Assembly: GCA_963710165.1 (NCBI GenBank)
Contig: CAVPYZ010000005.1
Span: 153,447 to 217,446, forward strand
Direction: 5' to 3'
DNA length: 64,000 nt
Source: an uncultured Alphaproteobacteria bacterium
GTDB lineage: Bacteria > Pseudomonadota > Alphaproteobacteria > Micavibrionales > Micavibrionaceae
A model generated the notes under the pieces. The model was not told where the DNA came from. It saw only the letters and a program-made list of their open reading frames with translations, and ran no database searches. Position 1 is the first letter of the stretch; each line of letters opens with the position of its first letter. Shown here piece after piece: positions 58,154 to 64,000 of the stretch. The translations under genes were made by a program, and so were the position numbers.

Positions 58154-58230
58154 TTAAACCGCAAAGTGAAATGAAGAATAGCAAAGTGCCTTACAGACTT
58201 TGTTTTCCTTTGTCTAACTTTGCGGTTTAA
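58154..58230. repeat. 77-nt element bounded by a perfect 14-bp inverted repeat
   Basis: TTAAACCGCAAAGT (58154-58167) pairs with ACTTTGCGGTTTAA (58217-58230). An inner hairpin CAAAGT/ACTTTG lies at 58182-58202. T-rich sequence follows both. Confidence 0.6.
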
Positions 58231-58291
58231 TTTATTCTAAGCCATGTTTTCCTTCCTTACATCAAAACGCCCAAAGCAGAAGTGTGAAAAT

Positions 58292-58864
58292 ATGATTTTA
58301 CTTGTCGGTCTTGGAAATCCTGGAAAGAAGTATGAAAAAAACCGACATAATATAGGCTTTATGGCGATTGACGCGTTTGCTGATGAGTACGGGTTTTCGT
58401 CTTATCGCTCGAAATTTCAGGGGGAGCTTGCAGAAAAAAATATAGGCGGGCAAAAAGTTATTTTATTAAAGCCGCAAACATATATGAATGAGTCTGGTGT
58501 TTCCGTTCAGGTGGCGTCCAAATTTTATAAACTAAATGCAGATCAGATTTATGTGTTTCATGATGAACTTGATCTTGAGCCTGCAAAGGTGCGATTTAAA
58601 ACAGGCGGCGGTAATGCGGGGCATAATGGTTTAAAATCCATTCAAAAGCATTTGGGGACACCTGACTTTCATCGTATAAGACAAGGCATAGGCCATCCGG
58701 GTCATAAAGACCGTGTGCACGGCTATGTCTTAAGTGATTTTGCGAAAACGGAGCAGGATTGGCTGGAAAAAGAGCTGGACGGACTTGCCGAAAACCTGCC
58801 CCTTTTACTTGACGGCTCTGTTGAAGAGTATATGAGTAAAGTGGCTTTAAACATACAGAAATAG
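58292..58864 (+). CDS. pth: peptidyl-tRNA hydrolase
   Basis: It has LVGLGNPGKKYEKNRHNIGF. The ATG at 58292 is preferred. Confidence 0.95.
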   Translation: MILLVGLGNPGKKYEKNRHNIGFMAIDAFADEYGFSSYRSKFQGELAEKNIGGQKVILLKPQTYMNESGVSVQVASKFYKLNADQIYVFHDELDLEPAKVRFKTGGGNAGHNGLKSIQKHLGTPDFHRIRQGIGHPGHKDRVHGYVLSDFAKTEQDWLEKELDGLAENLPLLLDGSVEEYMSKVALNIQK

Positions 58865-58875
58865 AAGAGAGAAAC

Positions 58876-59976
58876 ATGGCGATTAATTGTGGAATTGTGG
58901 GATTACCGAATGTGGGTAAATCAACTTTATTTAATGCCCTAACGGCAACAGCCGCGGCGCAGGCAGAGAATTTTCCGTTTTGTACGATTGAGCCGAATGT
59001 TGGACGCGTCGCCGTTCCGGATGAAAGACTGTCCAAAATTGCGGATGTGGCAAAATCGGCGAAGGTTATTCCCGCGCAGCTGGAATTCGTTGATATTGCA
59101 GGCTTGGTCAAGGGCGCGTCAAAAGGAGAGGGGCTCGGCAACCAGTTTCTGGCAAATATCCGTGAAACGCACGCAATCCTTCATGTTTTACGTTGTTTTG
59201 AGAATGATGATATTACGCATGTTGACGGGTCAGTTGACCCAATCCGTGACGCGGAAACAATTGAAACCGAGCTGATGTTGGCGGATTTACAATCCCTTGA
59301 GAAGCAAATAGACAATCAGTCACGTAAAGTAAAATCCGGCGATAAGGATATCAAAGCCCAGCTTGATCTGATGGAGCGTATCAGAACCGCGCTAGATGAA
59401 GGAAAGTCTGCCAGAACAGTAGAGGTGGATAAGGACGAAGATAAATATTTCAAACAGCTTCAACTTTTAACCGCAAAGCCGATTTTATATGTATGTAATG
59501 TGAATGAAGAAGATGCGGCAAAGGGAAATGATTTAAGCCAAAAGGTTCAGGAAATGGCAAAAGCGCAAGGCGCCGAAGTTGTTGTTATATCTGCAGCAAT
59601 CGAATCCGAAATCGCACAAATGGAGTCACAGGATGATAAAGCAGAATTTTTGGAGTCCCTTGATCTTACAGAATCTGGGTTAGATAAAATTATAAGATCA
59701 TCTTACAAGTTATTGAATTTACAAACTTACTTTACAGCAGGGCCAAAAGAATCACGTGCATGGACCATCAAAATCGGGTCATCTGCACCGGAAGCCGCAG
59801 GCGTCATTCATACTGATTTTCAAAAGGGCTTTATTCGCGCTGAAACCATATCAAACGACGATTATGTTAGTTATAAGGGTGAAGGCGGTGCAAAAGAAGC
59901 AGGGAAAATGCGTTCCGAAGGCAAAGACTATATCGTGCAGGACGGCGATGTTATTTTATTCCGCTTTAATGTCTAA
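58876..59976 (+). CDS. ychF: redox-regulated ATPase YchF
   Basis: It has GLPNVGKSTLFNALT, a TGS-like C-terminus and IVQDGDVILFRFNV. Confidence 0.96.
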   Translation: MAINCGIVGLPNVGKSTLFNALTATAAAQAENFPFCTIEPNVGRVAVPDERLSKIADVAKSAKVIPAQLEFVDIAGLVKGASKGEGLGNQFLANIRETHAILHVLRCFENDDITHVDGSVDPIRDAETIETELMLADLQSLEKQIDNQSRKVKSGDKDIKAQLDLMERIRTALDEGKSARTVEVDKDEDKYFKQLQLLTAKPILYVCNVNEEDAAKGNDLSQKVQEMAKAQGAEVVVISAAIESEIAQMESQDDKAEFLESLDLTESGLDKIIRSSYKLLNLQTYFTAGPKESRAWTIKIGSSAPEAAGVIHTDFQKGFIRAETISNDDYVSYKGEGGAKEAGKMRSEGKDYIVQDGDVILFRFNV

Positions 59977-59984
59977 CTAACAAA

Positions 59985-61289
59985 TTAAGCTGCGCGTAGA
60001 CCAAAGGTAAGTTGCGGTGTCATAGATGTATCCAATGTTACTGAGTCAATATCAGCGGGGGACATTAATGCAGTATCAAAAGCATTTCCAACATCCGCAG
60101 TTGCAGGCAAAGCGTCGCTTTGGCTTAATAACATAGGATCATTTTCAACATGTGGCACTTCGATTTCTACCGTCCCGTCACCAATATTCAAAAGATCGTG
60201 CTGAATAAGCGTTTCTTGAATTTCATGCGCAAGGCGGGCGTCTTCCCCGAATTCGGATGTAGCATCTTCAACGGAGCGGCCATCGACATAAACAGCGTCA
60301 AAGAAACCTTCATGTGGGCTACCCGGTTCCAAAATGTTCATTGATTCGAGAACTTTATGCAGAACCGTTGCAATAAAGCCGTCGGCATTGGCTTGGGTAA
60401 TTTCCAAAGCGTCCTCAATATCCATATTATTAACGGCATAAATTGATGCTTCCAAAGCAAGTGCTTTTCCATCAAATTGCCAATCTGTTCCTGCGGCGCG
60501 CTCTTCTAAACGTTGATAAAAGTCAGTATGCGCGGCCTCATCTTCATCCGGCATAATTTGTTCTGCGAAGGTTGTGATACTGACATTTGGAACATCAACT
60601 TGAATATCGGGAATGCTGGGTATATCAGGGCTGATTGTACCAATATCGACTGTATCCAGTTGCGGGTCTGGAATATTTACAACAGTTTCAACGGGAAGAT
60701 CGGGGGTTTGTAATGTTGGGGCGTCCACCATAACCTCAACTGGCGGCGGCGCAAAAGGCTGTTCAATATCCAAATCTTGGGACGGAACATCCAACTCGGT
60801 AGGTATTGACGCGGCAATAGATGCATCAACAGGTGGATCTATTGTATCTGCCACAGATGGTATGTCTTGCGGTTGTGAAAGAACGGGGGCTGCGGCCATT
60901 GCAACAGGGGCGGCAGCTTCAAATGAAGCACGATCCACGGCTTTTTGAAGTAATCCTTGCTGTTTTAGCTCCGCGGCTTCTTCGATGGCGCCGAGAAGAT
61001 TATCAACGGTTAAATCAGAGCGTCCTAACAGTTCCGGCGCGTATTGATCAATAAATTCTGCGATAGCTGTTTGTGTATTGGATAGACGCGTTATGTTTTC
61101 AGCATCTGCACCGCGATTGGCGCGAAGCGTTGCATAACCGTCAACTTCAAGATTTGTTCCCAACACCGCATTTAATTGACGCTGCATATCTTTGAATTGG
61201 TCGTTACCGCTGTCAGTCAAACTTGTTGCGCGTAAAGACGCATCAAGGTTTCTTGCTACATCACCGCCAGTTATTTCTGAATTGCCCAT
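59985..61289 (-). CDS. acidic protein with Asp/Pro-rich central region, function unknown
   Basis: 434 aa with no signal peptide. The central segment DIPSVADTIDPPVDASIAASIPTELDVPSQDLDIEQPFAPPPVEV...PDIPSIPDIQVDVPNV is low complexity. I recognised no family. Confidence 0.55.
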   Translation of the reverse strand: MGNSEITGGDVARNLDASLRATSLTDSGNDQFKDMQRQLNAVLGTNLEVDGYATLRANRGADAENITRLSNTQTAIAEFIDQYAPELLGRSDLTVDNLLGAIEEAAELKQQGLLQKAVDRASFEAAAPVAMAAAPVLSQPQDIPSVADTIDPPVDASIAASIPTELDVPSQDLDIEQPFAPPPVEVMVDAPTLQTPDLPVETVVNIPDPQLDTVDIGTISPDIPSIPDIQVDVPNVSITTFAEQIMPDEDEAAHTDFYQRLEERAAGTDWQFDGKALALEASIYAVNNMDIEDALEITQANADGFIATVLHKVLESMNILEPGSPHEGFFDAVYVDGRSVEDATSEFGEDARLAHEIQETLIQHDLLNIGDGTVEIEVPHVENDPMLLSQSDALPATADVGNAFDTALMSPADIDSVTLDTSMTPQLTFGLRAA

Positions 61290-61348
61290 ATCATCTCGCT
61301 TTTTTTTATATTATAAATGATGTAGACCCCGTTTTGCAAATTTACAGT

Positions 61349-62221
61349 CTATGCCAAAACGAGCGCTTCATATGACTCGCGCAACTTCCGTGTGACTGGT
61401 CCAACCGTGAAATGCAGCTCATCAATTTGCCCAACGGCGGTCACTTCCGCAGCCGTTCCTGTCAAAAATACTTCCTGAACATCTTTCAGTTCTTCGGGTT
61501 TGATAAAACGCTCTTCGAAAGGAATGTTATGCTGATGCGCCAGTTCGATAATTGTTTGACGGGTCAGGCCGTTCAAAAAACAATCCGGCGGCGGCGTGAC
61601 CAAAACACCGTTTTTAATCATGAAAAAGTTTGCAGATGTGGCTTCAACAACGTTGCCGCGATAATCCAGCATCATCGCATCCTGACATCCTTGCTCCTCT
61701 GCCCAGTGTTTTGACATGGTGCAAATCATATAAAGACCCGCCGCTTTACTTTGCGTAGGGGCGCAATCAGGCGAAGGCCGATGCCACGGCGCGGTTTTTA
61801 ATTTAATTCCTTTTTCACGAATTTCCGGCGGATAGTAGCTTGGCCATTCCCATGCCGCAATCGCAACTTGTGTTTTTGCTTTTTGCGCAGAGATACCCAT
61901 TTCTTCGCCGCCGCGCCATGCAACGGGTCGCACATAGGCATCGATCAGATTATTACGTTTCAGCGTTTCATATTTGGCTTCTTCCAACTGTTCCACGGAA
62001 AACGGCATTGTCATCCCGAGTATATCCGCAGAATTAATCAGGCGTTTTGAATGATCTTCGGAGCGAAATATCTTACCATTATAGGCGCGCTCCCCCTCAA
62101 AAACAGAACTGGCGTAATGTAAACCATGTGTTAGAACATGAACACGCGCATCTTTCCATTCAACGAATTCGCCGTTATACCAGATGAAACCTTCTTTATC
62201 TTCAAAACTTATACTTGCCAT
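61349..62221 (-). CDS. ilvE: branched-chain amino acid aminotransferase (class IV)
   Basis: It has GLHYASSVFEGERAY and a Lys-containing SKAAGLYM. The ATG at 62221 is preferred. Confidence 0.92.
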   Translation of the reverse strand: MASISFEDKEGFIWYNGEFVEWKDARVHVLTHGLHYASSVFEGERAYNGKIFRSEDHSKRLINSADILGMTMPFSVEQLEEAKYETLKRNNLIDAYVRPVAWRGGEEMGISAQKAKTQVAIAAWEWPSYYPPEIREKGIKLKTAPWHRPSPDCAPTQSKAAGLYMICTMSKHWAEEQGCQDAMMLDYRGNVVEATSANFFMIKNGVLVTPPPDCFLNGLTRQTIIELAHQHNIPFEERFIKPEELKDVQEVFLTGTAAEVTAVGQIDELHFTVGPVTRKLRESYEALVLA

Positions 62222-62302
62222 TATCAATCACTTATTGTCAGTCGTTTGTTAAAGATAGTATATCTATAAATAATTTAAGCTGACAACAATTAAGTAAATT
62301 CT

Positions 62303-62995
62303 GTGAATTACTCTGAAAAGCCGCATGTTTTGGTAATTGATGATGATGAGCGTATACGTATGCTGGTCGCGCGTTATCTATGGAAGAATGATTTTGTCGC
62401 GATTGAGGCGAAAGATGCCGAAGATGCCAAGCGGATTCTGAAAGAATTCGTCATTGATTTGATTGTATGTGACGTCATGATGCCAGGACAAAACGGTTTC
62501 AAGCTGACAAAGGAACTACGCTCGAAAAGCAATAAAACACCCATCATTCTTTTAACGGCATTGGGGGAAGTTGAAAACAGAATTGAAGGATTTGAGCAAG
62601 GGGCAGATGATTATCTGCCAAAACCTTTTGATCCGAAGGAGTTAACTTTAAGAATACAAGCCTTATTAAGGCGTATTCCCAAAGAAATGCAGGTCAAGAA
62701 GGTTCAAATCGGGTCACTATGGTTTGATGCAGATCATTCAGTTTTAGAATTGGAGAGCGGCGAAAATTCTTTCCTAACAGAATTAGAGACGAAATTATTA
62801 ACGGCATTGCTGAAATCAACCAATCAACCTGTCTCGCGAGAGGGGCTGGCAGATATGTGTGATATGAGTGGAACTGAGCGTGCCATTGATGTGCAGGTAA
62901 CACGTCTGCGTAAAAAAATGGAGGAGGACCCCTCAAACCCCCGCTATTTAAAAACTGTGCGCGGGAAGGGTTATATGTTGAGAGTACTATCATGA
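62303..62995 (+). CDS. OmpR-family DNA-binding response regulator
   Basis: It has a GTG start. The receiver has VIDDDERI, CDVMMPGQNG and LPKPF. The winged helix has VQVTRLRKKME and TVRGKGYML. Confidence 0.9.
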   Translation: MNYSEKPHVLVIDDDERIRMLVARYLWKNDFVAIEAKDAEDAKRILKEFVIDLIVCDVMMPGQNGFKLTKELRSKSNKTPIILLTALGEVENRIEGFEQGADDYLPKPFDPKELTLRIQALLRRIPKEMQVKKVQIGSLWFDADHSVLELESGENSFLTELETKLLTALLKSTNQPVSREGLADMCDMSGTERAIDVQVTRLRKKMEEDPSNPRYLKTVRGKGYMLRVLS

Positions 62996-64000
62996 TGATC
63001 AGGAATTATTTACCGCAAACATTGATGGGGCGATCCATTATGATTTTGGTTGTGCCGGTCATACTGGCGCAAGTATTTGCGGTGACTCTGTTCTGGGATA
63101 ATCATTGGGATAAGGTGACCAGACGATTGGCGAATAGCGTTGCAGGCGAAATCGCCATTATCGCAGATCAGATTGAGAATAATTATTCAGATGACCTCGT
63201 AACTATTCTATCAGATTACATGGCAGATCATTTGCGCGTAGATATTGATTTTCAATATCAAAAACAGAATGTAGACGCCGCCACAGCGCAAATTTTATAC
63301 GGATTTTACGGCGAAATATTGCTGGCACCGTTAAAATCGGCTTTGGAAAGTAAGTTGGATGCGCCGCATAATATTTTTATTGACTGGGAAACCGAAGAGG
63401 TCACGGTTCAGGTGCAACTGGATAATGGGTTTCTGCGCGTGACAGTGCCCGAACAGCGTCTATTTTCTTCATCGGGTTATGTTTTTATTGGGCTTTTGGT
63501 CATTTCAACATTTTCACTTTTGGCGATTTCGGTTTTATTTTTGCGTAACCAGATTCGTCCGATACGCAGATTAGCCGCCGCAGCGTCACTGATGGGAAAA
63601 GGGCGATTAATCTCATTAGGAGCTCCACGCGGTGCGCGTGAAGTGCGACAAGCATGGGAAGCGTTTGAGACAATGCAACGCAGGCTACGCAGGCAGATAG
63701 AGCAGAGAACGGCAATGTTGGCCGGTGTGTCACATGATCTGCGAACGCCGTTGACGCGTGTAAAGTTGGGCCTTTCCATGATGGATGATCAAAAAGAAGC
63801 GATGCAGATGATTGCTGATCTGGATGAAATGGAAAAAATGGTAGATGCCTATCTGGAATTTGCGCGCGGCGAGAAGTTGGAGGACGCAGTCGAGGTGAAT
63901 TTGAAAGATTTCATGACTGATATCATCAGTCACTACCAAACAGAAAAAACCCATATTACTTTTGTAACAGAGGGTATAGAGCCAATCATGCCCCTTCAGA
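62992..64000 (+). CDS. EnvZ-like sensor histidine kinase; 3' end lies outside the window
   Basis: It is not in the ORF track because no stop falls in the window. My own translation in frame 1 from an ATGA overlap gives two TM segments, a HAMP-like linker (IRPIRRLAAAA) and the H-box MLAGVSHDLRTPLTR. Confidence 0.85.
   Translation, partial: MMIRNYLPQTLMGRSIMILVVPVILAQVFAVTLFWDNHWDKVTRRLANSVAGEIAIIADQIENNYSDDLVTILSDYMADHLRVDIDFQYQKQNVDAATAQILYGFYGEILLAPLKSALESKLDAPHNIFIDWETEEVTVQVQLDNGFLRVTVPEQRLFSSSGYVFIGLLVISTFSLLAISVLFLRNQIRPIRRLAAAASLMGKGRLISLGAPRGAREVRQAWEAFETMQRRLRRQIEQRTAMLAGVSHDLRTPLTRVKLGLSMMDDQKEAMQMIADLDEMEKMVDAYLEFARGEKLEDAVEVNLKDFMTDIISHYQTEKTHITFVTEGIEPIMPLQ

Noticed and set aside
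1-64000. CRISPR arrays, IS elements or transposases, integrases, prophage genes, rRNA, tmRNA, RNase P and SRP RNA.
   Set aside because: I found no regularly spaced direct repeats. I found no DDE or tyrosine-recombinase-like ORFs. By eye I found no hallmark strings such as GGATTCGAC-type tmRNA, GAGGAAAGTCC RNase P or the SRP GGAAG loop context. A proper Infernal or ISfinder scan would still be worthwhile.

Overview
By gene content this window looks like an alphaproteobacterial chromosome segment. Supporting markers are a ChpT-type phosphotransferase, DUF2125, a DUF3426 zinc-ribbon gene divergent from ftsEX, ubiK-ybjN-proC, lgt-midA-pgeF, and an EcfG-type GGAAC-N16-CGTT promoter. It is densely packed, with many 1-60 nt gene overlaps, and is mostly housekeeping: phaC(partial)-phaA-phaB, purH, galU-pgm, ggt, rpsU, uvrB, secE-nusG, htrA, panBC, tRNA-Trp, secA, metA, tyrC, plsC, ftsEX, etfBA, proC, hldD, lgt, prs-rplY-pth-ychF, ilvE, and an OmpR/EnvZ-type two-component pair that runs off the 3' edge. 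I saw no rRNA, CRISPR array, transposase, integrase or recognisable canonical phage-defence operon. The stretches most worth a second look are listed here. (1) An AT-rich islet at about 13.4-16.07 kb holds an orphan Phd/YefM-like gene, a zeta-toxin-like P-loop ATPase overlapped by a 60-aa ORF, and a lipoprotein gene abutting the uvrB stop. (2) A block at about 28.2-33.4 kb holds an AT-rich MBL-fold hydrolase, a GDPD-like protein lacking the second catalytic His, a cNMP-binding domain fused to a TrxR-like flavoprotein with no CxxC, a stand-alone cNMP-binding domain, and an EcfG-promoter-driven YciE-like gene. (3) A chpT-cheY-cheR operon is embedded between pgm and purH, with no CheA, CheW or MCP in the window. 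(4) An orphan flagellin-like gene carries an unusual central insert, next to a 476-nt intergenic region with a small ORF and a hairpin. (5) A 442-aa pentapeptide-repeat protein is paired with a receiver domain. (6) Several uncharacterised repeat or low-complexity proteins and palindromic DNA elements are present. All functional calls rest on motif recognition by eye. No searches or statistics were run. The AT-richness statements come from hand-counting a few 60-nt lines.
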